NCBI GenBank assembly: GCA_964016885.1
Contig: OZ024743.1
Coordinates: 315,394,001 to 315,458,000 of the forward strand
Length of the DNA: 64,000 nucleotides
Direction of reading: 5' to 3'
DNA from: Eledone cirrhosa
Lineage: Eukaryota
Shown here: one piece after another, positions 43,125 to 58,006 of the stretch
Numbering within the stretch: position 1 is the stretch's first letter
How the letters are laid out: every line of letters starts with the position of its first letter
Made by a program: the position numbers and the translations under genes
The notes under the pieces: model-generated
Database searches by the model: none
What the model was told of the DNA's origin: nothing
What the model saw: only the letters and a program-made list of their open reading frames with translations

Positions 43125-43440
43125 TAATTTGTATGGTCCCGTAACTCCTGATGGAGTCATAGGGGAACCTCATTAAATATGGCCTTTCTAGGGCATACTT
43201 AAATCTGGTGAAGCCCTTCTCCTCTCCTGGTCTGTATACAGCAGGATTCATCCAGAAAATGATAGCGAGTGAGAAAGAGATATAAAGGAAGAATGGTACT
43301 AGACTCGTACATTTTTGTCGATCCCGAATGGATGAAAAGCAAAGTTGACCACAGTGGGATTTGAACGCAAAGAGTAGAGAGGTGGAGCAAATATCGCAAA
43401 TATTTCTAACTGAAGTTCTAACAATTCTGCCAATTCGTCT
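43125..43440 (-). mobile_element. SINE variant with ~150-bp alternative 3' tail (second copy 53522-53835, plus strand)
   Basis: SINE head and core followed by shared ttcttcctttatatctctttctcact...cccctaYgactccatc.ggagtta. Confidence 0.65.
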
Positions 43441-44198
43441 TATTACTTCCGGATTAGATAAAAGGAAGAAAGTATCACTACAGGGTCGGTAGGTTGGTTG
43501 AGTTAATCGGTGAGGAGCTGATCTGACTCTCTGCATTCTGAGTTCCAATTTCGCTTCCTTCTGCCATGAATTGCGACCAACTGAATATCAGCAATTGAAA
43601 TTTTTCCTTGATTAGTTCTGGCAATCTGCTCCTTTCCTTTACAACTTAAGTAACTGACATTTCCGGGATCAAATACGGCTCAATTCTTCATTTATCTTTC
43701 CCACACATCCACCTTGTTGGTTACACATGACATTGTTATAGAAAGAAGATCATGTATTTTCGACAAACCCTTTATGTTGAATACACATGCCATTGTTATT
43801 GAAAGAACAACGATAATCGTGTTTTTCGGTTTATTCCATTCTAGCACAACCTTATCTAATGTGCTTCTTCCTTATGTAAGGATTATTGCATTCTAGTGCT
43901 ACCTTATGTAAGGATTATTACATTGTAGTGCTACCTTATCTAATGTATCTCCTCTTTATATAAATCTATTATACATATTTAAGAGGTACTTAGTTAAGTT
44001 CAACAGTACGTCCTCATCAGATAAAATAAGATGATGCATGACATACCCTGACATAGTAGATGGTTAAGGTTCAGTCATGGTAGTGATTAACTTATGACAA
44101 AACTCAATATGTATATCCTAATATTGAGAACATGAGATAACATAATACAAGAATACCCCAAGAATATCTATTTTGTTAATATTTTGAATTAATATATG

Positions 44199-44279
<81 letters not shown>

Positions 44280-44417
44280 GGAGAGAAGGAGATAGAGAGG
44301 TAGTACAGTGGAAGGTAATATCCGTAGTGGTAGAGCACTGAGTCCATGGGACGAGTTAGGTAGAAGTGGTTACACAACAGTTAGTTCACCATACCGAGAA
44401 CAATTGTTTCAGATTAG

Positions 44418-44478
<61 letters not shown>

Positions 44479-44482
<4 letters not shown>

Positions 44483-44710
44483 ATAATAGTAAATTTTAAG
44501 ACTAAAATCCAAAGAGGGCTCGATAAGGATAAATATATATCAAATATATAAGAATCGTAGAGCAAATATTTATTAAAATAATAGATTAACGTTTAAGCAA
44601 AGAATTGGTGCTTTCACCCTTAACGGGATCTTCTGGAACTCAGAAGATCCCGTTAAGGGTGAAAGCACCGATTCTTTGCTTAAACTTTAATCTGTTATTT
44701 TAATAAATAT
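44479..44710 (-). mobile_element. Family C palindromic pLTR element
   Basis: Arms ~44566-44635 and ~44641-44710; tail 44479-44562 is the reverse complement of 46420-46503. Confidence 0.82.
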
Positions 44711-44724
44711 ATATATATATATAT

Positions 44725-45107
44725 AACGAAGGAAATGTGGTAAGGAACCAGGTGGACCATAACGCACCAAAGTACTCAGTACTTAGGGTAGTAGAGTGGG
44801 TAATAGGAACAAGTAAGACCCTGACGGCAGAGCTCAAGAATTAGCCGTCGAAACGGCTTGAGCTCAGCCGTCGGGGTCTTACTTGTTCCTATATATATAT
44901 ATATAATATATGTGAACAAGTATGACCCCGACGGCAGAGCTCAAGCCGTTTCGGCGGCTATTTCTGGACGTCCAGAAATAGCCGCCGAAACGGCTTGAGC
45001 TCTGCCGTCGGGGTCATACTTTTTCATATTTCCCACTCTACTCCTCTAAGCATTAAGAACTCTGGTGCGTTATGGTCCATCTGGTTCCTTACCACAATTC
45101 CTTTGTT
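44725..45107. mobile_element. Two family A elements back to back (44725-44890 minus; 44912-45107 plus)
   Basis: Each has hairpin arms plus tail; separated by a short (TA)n. Confidence 0.85.
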
Positions 45108-45125
45108 ATATATAATATATATATA

Positions 45126-45162
<37 letters not shown>

Positions 45163-45186
45163 ATATATATATAATATATATATAAT

Positions 45187-45241
<55 letters not shown>

Positions 45242-45262
45242 ACATATAATATATATATATAT

Positions 45263-46499
45263 ATTTATTAAAATAACAGATTAAAGTTTAAGCAAAGAAT
45301 CGCTGCTTTCACCCTTAACGGGATCTTCTGAAACTAACAAAGTCAATCTGTAAACACAGAAGTGGATATTTCAAAAAACGTTGCAACCGGAGGAAGACAG
45401 GAAGACGATACTTTGGTTCGTGGAAACGTTCGCTGGCAAAGAACGAGAAAAAACGAATATAATACGTCATTAATAGGAGCGGTGGAAAACAATTACGCGC
45501 AAAGACAGAACCACGTTTATGGTATAAAAGAGGTCGTAGACTAATGTTCGCTTAGGTGGTTCATAGAGACGTTCTCTGGCAATGAACGAAAAAAACGAAG
45601 ATAATACGTCATATGTGGAGCGTGGAGTACAATAGCACGCAAAGACAAAACCACGTAAATTGTATAGCAGAAGTCGTAGACTAAAATTCTAACTAGGAGA
45701 CCGAATGAATCTCCGCTTCAGAGTTAAGAACAAAGTAAATAAATACAATACAGAAGTAATAGATATAAATAAATACATACACGCAAACAAATACGTACAT
45801 ACACAAGCATACGCAAAACCCTTACCATAGGTATACAAAACCACGCACATATAAATATTTGTGTGTGTGTATGCGTGTATACAAATAAATAAATAATTAT
45901 ATAAACGTATATAAATAAATAAATACGTATATAACAAGTGCACACACATACCTACATGTAAATACACGAATGTTCGGAGACGTAAGTCAACCAAAACATG
46001 AAGTACACATATACACACACCCTACATACGTACGAACCTACATACTCACACAGACGCAAAACTCCCGTATACACATAGCCAAACCATATGTACCGGAATA
46101 TATAAAATTATACGCCATAACATAAACAATCAAATATACGTACGAGAAGGTATACGTACCTTCACAAAACATACGGGTAATATATACTTACCTATGCACA
46201 TAAGTAATGGTATAAACAAAACATATACTTAGCTCCCACATCAAGACGTAAAATATCCACGTATAGATCGTACTATCCGTTAGGGTATAACGTGGGGTTG
46301 TATTACAGTAAAGTTTTGTGCAATTTATGTTTACAAGCCGAAATTGTCTCAATTTTTTTGTTTAAGATGTGGTCTGTGGCGTAGAGTATTTCCAGGGCCT
46401 CAGCGGCGCAGAGGTCACACTCTACGGTTCTTATATATTTGATATATATTTATCCTTATCGAACCCTCTTTGGATTTTAGTCTTCAAATTTATTATTAT

Positions 46500-46503
<4 letters not shown>
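45263..46503 (-). mobile_element. Family C PLE 3' fragment (endonuclease C-terminus, 3' UTR and HHR on minus) joined to an inverted tail
   Basis: Minus-strand [36 protein letters not shown] (~46303-46413); HHR variant 45285-45335; internal ~145-bp duplication 45420-45685. Confidence 0.78.
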
Positions 46504-46582
<79 letters not shown>

Positions 46583-46591
46583 TACATATAT

Positions 46592-46622
<31 letters not shown>

Positions 46623-46623
46623 T

Positions 46624-46818
46624 AGGAACAAGTATGACCCCGACGGCAGAGCTCAAGCCGTTTCGACGGCTAATTCTGGACGGTCCAGAATTAGCCGTCG
46701 AAAGGGCTTGAGCTCTGCCGTCGGGGTCATACTTGTTCCTATTATCCACTCTACTACCCTAAGTATTGAGTACTTTGGTGCGTTATGGTCCATCTAGTTC
46801 CTTACCACATTTCCTTCG

Positions 46819-46820
<2 letters not shown>
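46624..46820 (+). mobile_element. Family A palindromic element
   Basis: Near-perfect ~58-bp arms centred at 46682 plus tail. Confidence 0.87.
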
Positions 46821-46880
<60 letters not shown>

Positions 46881-47516
46881 AGTTAAGTACTCAGGGTAGT
46901 CCCTTACAATTAAATAGCTCTAAGAAAAAAACTTTTCCGAGCCGTATAATATAATTGAATAAACAAGAGAGATGAACACTAAGATAAACATACATGTGTT
47001 CGAATCGTTAGGACTAAAATTTGCTAGGGTGAAAACTAACTACAGCAATATAGTTTGTTATCCTTAACTTTAAATATTAAATTAAGAAAAATTAAGAAAA
47101 ATAACAGACCTATATTAGGCAATAACGCTTGGTAACAACTAGACAGTGTTGGAGACTGTTTCGCAACAACTTATTAAGGGACATTTTCACGTTTCTCTGC
47201 TCCTCAGTAGTTGTTGAGAAATTAGTGATCCTTTCACTTCTAAAAATATTAGAGACTGAATTGTGTCGATATGAATTATCGCATGTGTCATTTGGAACCC
47301 GGCTTGTCTCGAAATTCCCTGCCGCTAAAAATAGCAGCCTGGCTGACAGAACAATAAAAATTAGTGTAGTCTTTGTACCAGAGTTTTCAAGTCGCTGGCT
47401 CGACTAAAATCCCACACTCGTTCAGCGCATCGGTAGGTGTTCTCCTACTTGGCTATAAAGTAGTGGCCGTACTCGAAAACGAGTTGGCAACCACCACCAC
47501 CATGTTCGTATACATA

Positions 47517-47562
<46 letters not shown>

Positions 47563-47563
<1 letters not shown>

Positions 47564-48450
47564 TACAATATGTTGAAAAGGTAACACACTAGAGAGAGAT
47601 ATACAGTGCGCTATCAGTAAAACAGGGAAAAACCACCAGTGTATGGAATCTATAATCTATGAAAGGCAGACTATAGACACGATAATTAAAAATATAAATT
47701 AAAGCGTAAATAAATACCACTATAACTATATAACACACGTACAAATCCAAAGAGATCTGTTTCGCCAGTAAGTTGTTGACAGAAATGGAATGACCTCGGT
47801 TCCTCAGCGTGTGTAAGGCTATACATTTCAGACAACACTAAAAGAATTTTAAAAAAGACTATCCAGCTACACGTGGGAGAGAGAAGTCACAGCGTGTTTA
47901 AGGGCAGTGAACCAGTGGCCTCTGAGGGACGCTCTGCTAGAAAGGGCGGCCCAAAACCACTCAGAGAAGTGTGCTCAACCAAACAGAGAGATAGGAAAGA
48001 CTGTTATAAGGAGCGAAATATCACGATAAATTGACGGAGCCATAGACCCTATAGCCTGCCTTTCATAGGTTATAGATTCCATGCACTGGTGGCTTTTCCC
48101 TGTTTTACTGATAGCGCACTGTATATCTCTCTCTAGCGTGTTACCTTTTCAACATATTGTATTTTAAAGAGCTCAGGATTTCTTCTCCTTTGAGCACATT
48201 ATTTACAGGGATGTGGATTGGCAGTATCGGTAGAGAGTCGGACGCCATGCTTTGACGCATAGAGTTACGGCCCTTGCCATTCTGAGTTCAAATTCCGCCG
48301 AGGTTAACTTTGCCTTTCATCCGTACGGGGGTCGATAAAATAAAGTACCAGTAATGCACTGGGATAATTACTGGCCTTGTGCCAAAAGTAGAAACAATTA
48401 TTTACAGGGAATGGTGAGGGTCTATGGCTGCGTCAATTTATCGTGATATA
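47563..48450 (+). mobile_element. Fold-back pLTR-like element with nested SINE
   Basis: Arms ~47563-47676 and ~48050-48161; 48018-48050 is an inverted copy of the tail end 48417-48450; SINE 48212-48396 with 14-bp TSD attatttacaggga. Confidence 0.75.
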
Positions 48451-48522
48451 TATATATATATATCTGTATATGTATATGTATATATATGTATATATATATA
48501 TATCTGTATATGTATATGTATA

Positions 48523-48597
<75 letters not shown>

Positions 48598-48878
48598 ATA
48601 TATATATATATATATATATAAAGAAAAAAAGATGAAATCGAAAATTCAACTGGAGTCTTATTTTTAAAAATATATATATATTTATTTGGTTCCTTTACCG
48701 GTTTCGCAGTTCTTCTGCTTTTAAAAAGTAGAGTTGAGATGGAGGAGTCTGTGGTTTTTCTCACATCTGTGAGATATATATATATATATGATGGACTCTC
48801 CCATCGATATCCGACGTATGAGTGTCCAACAAAAGTTCAGTCATTGAATATATATTGAATATATATAGAGATAGATAG

Positions 48879-48961
<83 letters not shown>

Positions 48962-48963
<2 letters not shown>

Positions 48964-49076
48964 AGTTGCCAGTTTAGACTAGTAAGACCATGTTCAGCTA
49001 AGTATTCAATATTTTGGAAAGTGGAGTGTATGTATTGCAAACACTTAGTGTCGACGGCTGAGCTCACTGGCGCACT
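48962..49076 (-). mobile_element. Family D pLTR end (second copy ~57790-57904, plus strand)
   Basis: Shared gtgagctcagccgtcga...cactc...tattga..acttagct...tcttactagtctaaactgg. Confidence 0.75.
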
Positions 49077-49393
49077 ATATATATGTTATCGGATATATAT
49101 ATATATATATACTGTTTGGTTCCTCAATACAAAGCTTGACCACTTCAGTGTATATGATTCTCAGTTATGGCATGAGAGCTTATGTGGCTTTATAAGCCAG
49201 ACATATTTTTAAAAGCAGTCTACATAAATTGCATATTAGTATTAGTGCAGCATGGACTGCCTGATAAACCTTGAAATGCCTCTTTAGGCCTCCTTAATTA
49301 TGTATATAATGTATAAATATTAGGAGTTACTGCCACGTACCGTCCAAACGGCAAGAGCTCAGCCGTCCGACAGAAGCTCATAATATATATATA

Positions 49394-50666
49394 CAGAGAG
49401 CGAACGGTATTTGAGGACACTTGCATTTTTAGTCATTTTATTTTACTAAATTTTATTGAACTTCTATTTCAGAAAATAACAATGAATATAACTATGCTTA
49501 CTAATGAAATGAAAAGGCATGCTGTGATTGTGGCTTTGAAGGCTAAGCATGGTGATTTAGAAATTTCTCGTTTTCTGAAAGTTGCGAGATCTTTTGTCCA
49601 CAAGAATCGGTGTGAGTTAGAGAAAGAGGATGGAAACGTATTACCTGTATCAAAACGTAAAAAAAAACATTTCCAACGATATGATTCTATCAGGACACTT
49701 GAATTTATTCACGAAGTTAAGCAAAACATTGATGACAATCCAGGAATATCAATGAGGTCAATTGCAAAAGGTTTTGGTGTGTCAGAAAAAACAATTAGAA
49801 ATGTTATGCACGAAGACATCAGATACAAATCTTACGTGGTGAGGAGATGCCAATTCATGCCCGAAAAAAAACGAAAGAAAAGCGTTTAATCAGATCCAAA
49901 ATACTTTTAAACAAATTTAAATATCCATCAACAGATGGTGTGATTTGGTTTTTCTCAGATCAGAAAAACTTTGACCAGGACCAAAAAACAACACAAGAAA
50001 TGACAGGTGGCTATGTGCAGATCCTTCTGATGTTCCAAGTGTAATGCACACATAATTTCCTGCAAGTGTCATGGTTTTGGGTGTTGTTAGCAATGAAATA
50101 CATGTGATGCCTCCTCACTTTTTTCCACAAGGCCTTGGGGTGAATGCTGCTGTGTATATTAATGTTCTGGATAAAGTTGTTAAGCCTTGTATCAACAGTA
50201 TATGTAATGGAAGGCCTTATGTCTTTCAACAAGATTCTGCACCATCACACAAGGCTCAAATGTCACAAGAATGGATGGCTGACAATTTACATTATCACAT
50301 CACCCCCAAACATTTCGCTTCCTAATTCTCAAGATCTCAATCCATTGTACTACTATGTGTAGAGCATCCTTGAGGAAAATGTCAATGAATACCCTCATAG
50401 CACCAAAGATTATTTGAAAGTCGCCATAGTTCGAGTCATGTCCGATATGAACAAGGACCATTTAATCCGAGCTTGTAAACGATTTCGACCCCGCGTAGAG
50501 GCAGTTATTGATGCTTATGGTGGTTTTATTGAATGAAATTATTAAATTGATAATTTAGCTTTATGTTTATGTTATATTTATAAGAATACAGGTTTTTTTT
50601 TCTGTTATTATATAAACGTTTTTTTTTTAAACCATAAATCTGTCCTTAAATAACGTCCGCAACCTA
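49394..50666 (+). mobile_element. Near full-length Tc1/mariner DD37D (maT-type) transposon, inactivated
   Basis: Imperfect ~27-bp TIRs in TA context; transposase pieces 49482-50536: HTH region, WFFSDQKNF, VFQQDSAPSH, PNSQDLNPL(Y); 37 residues between the second D and the third catalytic position. Confidence 0.88.
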
Positions 50667-50849
50667 TATATATTATGACCTTCTGTCCGACGACGGCCGT
50701 TTCGACGCCAAGTGGCATATATATATACACACAGTGAGTGAGAGGTTACGTTCACCTACATATCTCATATTTATATACAAAAATTATATAGTGTGCAACA
50801 ATTAAAATGTGAAATAGTTTATAATTCTTCTGAACTGAATTAAGGCTCG

Positions 50850-52118
<1,269 letters not shown>

Positions 52119-52789
52119 TATATGTGGCTATTTTATTTTACAAAGCTGTTTATACAAAAACAAAACACAATTAAAGAGAACAAAAAAAAATTAATAGAAA
52201 ACAAATAAGAATCAAGCAACAAAAAAAAGGGAGGTGTGGTGTGACAGACACGCTACGTCAGTGATAGCAGTGCCTCAGCCGCACCACGTGGACAAAAGGC
52301 CAAAGGCATTACCACTAAGAATGGCTCGTTGCAACAGCTACCCAATCTCACGGGTTCCCTCTTCAAGCGTGTCGCTGTTTTCTCCGCTTTTACGGATGAA
52401 ATCAGCAGTGTACAAAGAGGAAGCGGCCGGTGAGGCCCCGGTACTTACCTATCTTACTCTCCTCTGCTCTGCATTGTGGGCAACGGACTCCGGGTTAGTG
52501 GCTGCAGCGACGTGTTTGGAGTGTCTTACAATTTTTATTTCAGTTCTTAACCATAGATGTATAGATATTACGATATATATATATATATATCAGACCTGTT
52601 AAATTTCCCCGTCCGAAGGTAAGATTTTCAATAGCCTTTGGGCGGGTGAAAGATGTCTTTTCTTGTGAAAATGGTATACCTTTCATTATGTAAAATATCC
52701 TCATTTTGTCTCATTTCTCCCCGTTTTGAGGCATATTTCTCATGGTACTCCCCGTTTGGGTATGTTTGGGGGTTGACAGGTCTCATATA

Positions 52790-52825
<36 letters not shown>

Positions 52826-55800
52826 TGTATATGTATATATACATAAATTCCTTTTATAGAAATCACAGCTAATCAGGAAATTTTCACACATTTTTTTAAA
52901 ATAGATTTCTAAAAAACAAAACGAAACGGAATGAAAAACCAAATTGAGTGAAGGCACTGTTTCACAAACTACATAACATTGAAGTACAAAGAGACTATTC
53001 AGCCGAAAAATGTTCATATGCACACACACACGATCGTGCACACACACGCACACACATAATCACACATACACACACGCATACACAGCATAAGGCATATACA
53101 GATTCACATACGCCAGCACGCACACACACATATTTTTTTTTTAAATTGAATAAATATATACGGACAGTCATACAGATATAGATACGTACACAAATATACA
53201 TAGGTGCATGCCCACAGACAAATGCACACATAATAATGCATGTACACACACATACACATACCCAAATTTAGACGAACGCATGCACATGTATAGTCATATA
53301 CATACGATAAAAAGGAAAGGCATCGATTGTCAGATCGTACCAAGGAAACTATGTTAGCATTTGTCTTTTTTTTTTGCTGATTCCATCTGCCTGTCTCAAC
53401 ACTAAGTGTGAATAAAACAAGGCAGGAATGTGTTTATTACTAAGAAATATACAGAGGTCAAAATATATGGGTTTAGCCTGTTCTAGTTACCCTTAATTTT
53501 AACATAGATATAATACAGTCTGGAGGCTGCGAATTGGCAAAGTCGTTACAACATCGGATAGAATGCTTTGTGGTATTCGTGCCGGCTCTCTCCTCTCTCA
53601 GTTCAAATCCTGCCGAGGTCAACTTTACCTTTCATCAGTTCAAGGTCGATAAAAAGTACCAATCCAGTACTGGGGGTCGATTCTTCCTTTATATATCTTT
53701 CTCACTTCCATACCCACTGGAAGAAATCAGCTGTATTCTGACCTGGAGAGGAAATGGGTTTCACAAGGTTTAAATAAGTAACGCAGTATGTCAATACGGA
53801 GCCCCTACGACTCCATCGGGAGTTAAGGGAACATAGAGTTGAAGAGATGATACATTCTGTCGGAGGCATGTAATTTAGTGGTTAAGGTGTACGGCTCATG
53901 TTCGTAAGTTCGATTCCCAGGAGCGCTTATTTGTTTTTTAGGTTAATACCGTTTTACTTTACTCCAGTCCCCCGTATGTGTGATTTATAGACCCAGTTTT
54001 GTCACAGATTGTCACGCCAAATCTCCCTGAAATGTACGTTAACAGTTCACGTATCTGTGGAATATTTTGTCACTTGCACGTTATTTTCACAAGCAGACTG
54101 TTCCGTTGATCGAACAATTGGAACGTATGGAAGTCCATTGCTAATACTCTCTAAATGAGATATATTAAGATATTCACTTCGTAGCCGCATGGTTTCGGTT
54201 TCAATCCCACTGCATACTACATTGGCGAGTGTCAACTACTATAGCGTTGAATTGTCGAATAGACCAATGTTATTAGAGAGAAGCTATACGAAAACCCGTC
54301 AGATATATACAACAAATCAGATAAAGAAATTAATGAACGAATCCCAGTAGAATTGCTGAATATTAGCGAAACCCGTACGGAGTATTCATATTTTTACACG
54401 TGTCTTCATTAGTTTAGAACCTGGAAAGAGAGAAAACAACTTCGTTAGTTGAAATATTAAACAACTTTGTAATACAATCGTAGAAGTACTCAGCATAAAA
54501 ACGGATTAACAAAATTCAAAAACAGAAAGTAAGGTTTTAGCTAATCTTGGGTCAGTGTATAAAATTAAAAGTAGAATGAGGTACCTGTGGAATAAAACAT
54601 GGAAAATTTGCTTTGGAGAGAGGGCATGGTTAAAAATGTCATCTAGGCTGACACCGATGAAAAGTGGGTAAATTCTACCCTAGCAATATTAGATAGAAAA
54701 TTACAAATTACACCAATTAATGAGGAATCAAACAGCAAAGAAGACCCAGCAAAAGAAATACCACTTAATAACATACATGACTGCTCAATTCTTTAAGCAG
54801 ATTTTCATGAATTTAGTAAAAGACATATAAGTGATGAACGAACTCTTTGCGAACTTTAACAAGCGGCCGTGTAGCTTTCAGGAAGCGAGCAATCTCTGAA
54901 TCACTACACTCTGTCTTTAAGGCAACGATTACAGCGTGTCTTTTCATTTGCTAAGTTAGCTTGATAATTGAAGTCATTTATCGGTAAAGAAATTATAGTC
55001 AGAAAAATGTGGAAAAATGTTAGAGATATTAAAATAAGTGTCCTCAAAGAACTGAGCAACCCTGTAAATATGGCAGTTGAACTTTTACGACTGAGAGCTT
55101 CAGTTGGTTAACAGAAATATCAAAGAATTTACAAAAGTGAAAGTAGATTTTTTTTAATGTGAACTGATGACTCATTATTAGAAAATATATACAAACTATG
55201 GATGCAAGACTGTGAAAATGCACAGCTGGTATCTCTCCCAAAACAAGAAAACAGAGAAAATTGACTTCTTAAATAGGTAATGGGTAAAGCAATTAAAGAA
55301 AATATATGATTGGGATAATTCGTTTTTGTAGGAAAATCACGAGGAACAATACATATACGGACAACACTAAGACACCACATATATCAAATAGCAGAACGAT
55401 CTTAACAGTATAAAGCAAATTTGAAAAGTTCTCGGATTAATCCTTCAGCAACTTCTTATGTGTGTGTGTGTGTGTGCGTCCGTGTGCGTGTGTGTGCATC
55501 CGTGTGCGTATGTGTGCATGCGTGTGCGTGTGCGTGTGCGTGTGTGTGTGTGTGCGCGCGCGTGTATGTGTGTGTGTGCGTCTGTGTGCGTGTGTGTGCG
55601 TGTGTATGCGTGTGTGTGCGTGTGTGTGTGCGTGTGCGTGTGTATGTGCCTCCGTGTGCATGTGTATGTGCGTCTGTTGGCGTATGCGTGTGTATGTGCG
55701 TTCGTGTGCGTGTGTGTGTGTGCGTCTGTGTGCGTGTGCGTGTGTGTGTTTACTGGTTTACACTGATGTATCAGGTTACGTCCACTCCCACATTATGTTT

Positions 55801-57461
55801 ATAGCAAAAACGTTTAACATAGCTATCCAATAAATAGAGATCGATAAAATGTCTCAGATTGAAATAAATACTGCAGTTGGATGATCCTCTCTGATCCTCT
55901 GAATACTTCCAAGTAGGATTGAAGCCATGTCCGGCGAATTCCTTTTTTTTCTGTCAACAGTAGAATAATCAGATATTTGTTCTCATTTTTCCATGTATAT
56001 ATCGATGGCTTGGAAACTGACAATACATATAAAGGTATACTTTAATGGACATTTCGAAACATTAAGCTTATGCAGGTTAGTACGTAGATAATTAAATATT
56101 TATTGATGTAATCAAAGAAAGAAGTATTTATGCAAATCGGGCTAACACTTTTAGTGAAGTGTCTAAATAATAAAATGCGGTAGACAGATACAGATGAGTG
56201 AATAGTATCTAAAGAGAGCCCAACAACGATATAAATGTGGTCTTATGGCCCCAGAGAACTAATGCATTTGCAACAGCGATGCTTTACCAAAGTATTGATA
56301 ATTAAAATATACCATAATGAACCTGTGAAAGTAAACTTCGTGCAGTATCCGAGGTAAAAATAAAGCAACGTAATTAGTGGATATATATTAAATTGTAAGC
56401 TTATTACTTCTCCCAAGAGCTTAACCCTACGAACGTAAAATTAAATTGTACCAATTTACTATTGAAAACTGATAGCTGATAAAGTTCGACAAATAATTAC
56501 CAAATGCTGCCTCATTATAAACATAATTAGATTTTGACTACGCACTAATCAGTTTTAATGGAAAGAAAACGAATGGTTGCCGTATTCACGCGTTTCCCTA
56601 TATTAAGAGTTTAAAGTAAAGTGGCTCTAATTCTTTCTTTGGAAAGAAAGCTTTAGTAATTATAATGATATCCTTTATCATACTAAAATTCCAATTTTCC
56701 TTTGACAATCTGTAAGGCAATGGTTAAAGTTTCGTGCAAATCATTCTATAAACATGTATTCACTAATTAACAAAGACGCCCTCAAGTCAGTTTTAACTTA
56801 ATATAAATACGACGTGAAGTTTGCCAAAGATAACAGAACACAGCAATTAGATGTGTCCAGAGTGGAACATTTTTACTGAAATCGTTAATCATCTCACATA
56901 TTTAGACATAGCCTTGGCACTCGTGTCGTTGTGAAGTTCATTTCGGAAGAACGTGATATCAAATTCGAATCTTACTGAGCTGTACTTTTGCTAGATATTT
57001 TATATTGGTTTCTCTTTATCGTTTAACTCTCTCCTTATTCTGGTGACAAGCTCTGACCTGCCAACATCTAAAATCTAAAAACAAAACGGGGAGTAACATG
57101 AAAATAGGTGCCCCAAAACGGGGAGAAATTAGGCAAAATGAGCAGATTTTACATAATGAAAGCTATACCTATTTTCACAAGAGAAGACATCTCTCACCCA
57201 CCCCAGAGTGGGTGGGAGATCTCTCCGTCGGGGGGGGAGAGTTGACAGATCAGCAAGCTGTAAGACAATCTTGATATCCGGCAATATAGCCAGCTAACTA
57301 GATATTTCTATAGGCTCGGCAATGCTTATGGTCCTTTTCCTGGTCTTCAAAACTGTTGCATCACAGAAAGAAGGATCCGACCTGAATGTTTTATACTAAC
57401 GCCATTCAAGGTCAAGTTGGTAGAGTTAAATGGATAATGTATTAAGACTTATACCCTTATA

Positions 57462-57505
<44 letters not shown>

Positions 57506-57659
57506 TGCACTCCAGCTCTCCTGAAATATTTTTACCATTGAGCATTCGAAACATAGGCAAAGTGTATATAATAAGAAAAACAACAAAGTTTCGTTTACAT
57601 GTGTTAATGTTTCAATCTGCTCGTCAGACTGGTGATTCAACAAAAAGTAGTGTTTCTCT

Positions 57660-57752
<93 letters not shown>

Positions 57753-57909
57753 CATATATATATGCGCGTTATCCACTCGCAATTGAAGTAAGGTGAGCTC
57801 AGCCGTCGAGCTAACTTTTCACTATACAAACACTCTACTTTTCCGAGTATTGAGTACTTAGCTAAACATCATCTTACTAGTCTAAACTGGTAACTCCGAA
57901 TCACTCACC

Positions 57910-57946
<37 letters not shown>

Positions 57947-57951
57947 CTATA

Positions 57952-58001
<50 letters not shown>

Positions 58002-58006
<5 letters not shown>

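Noticed and set aside
52441-52452. tacttacct as a U1 snRNA 5' end or host splice donor
   Set aside because: No U1 body follows; the surrounding minus-strand sequence looks more like a decayed Tx1-like LINE end (RCPQC motif)
57585-57640. Minus-strand CTGACGA...GAAAC, and a similar string at ~48690-48730
   Set aside because: Stem I or the core is too degenerate to call; possibly dead HHRs
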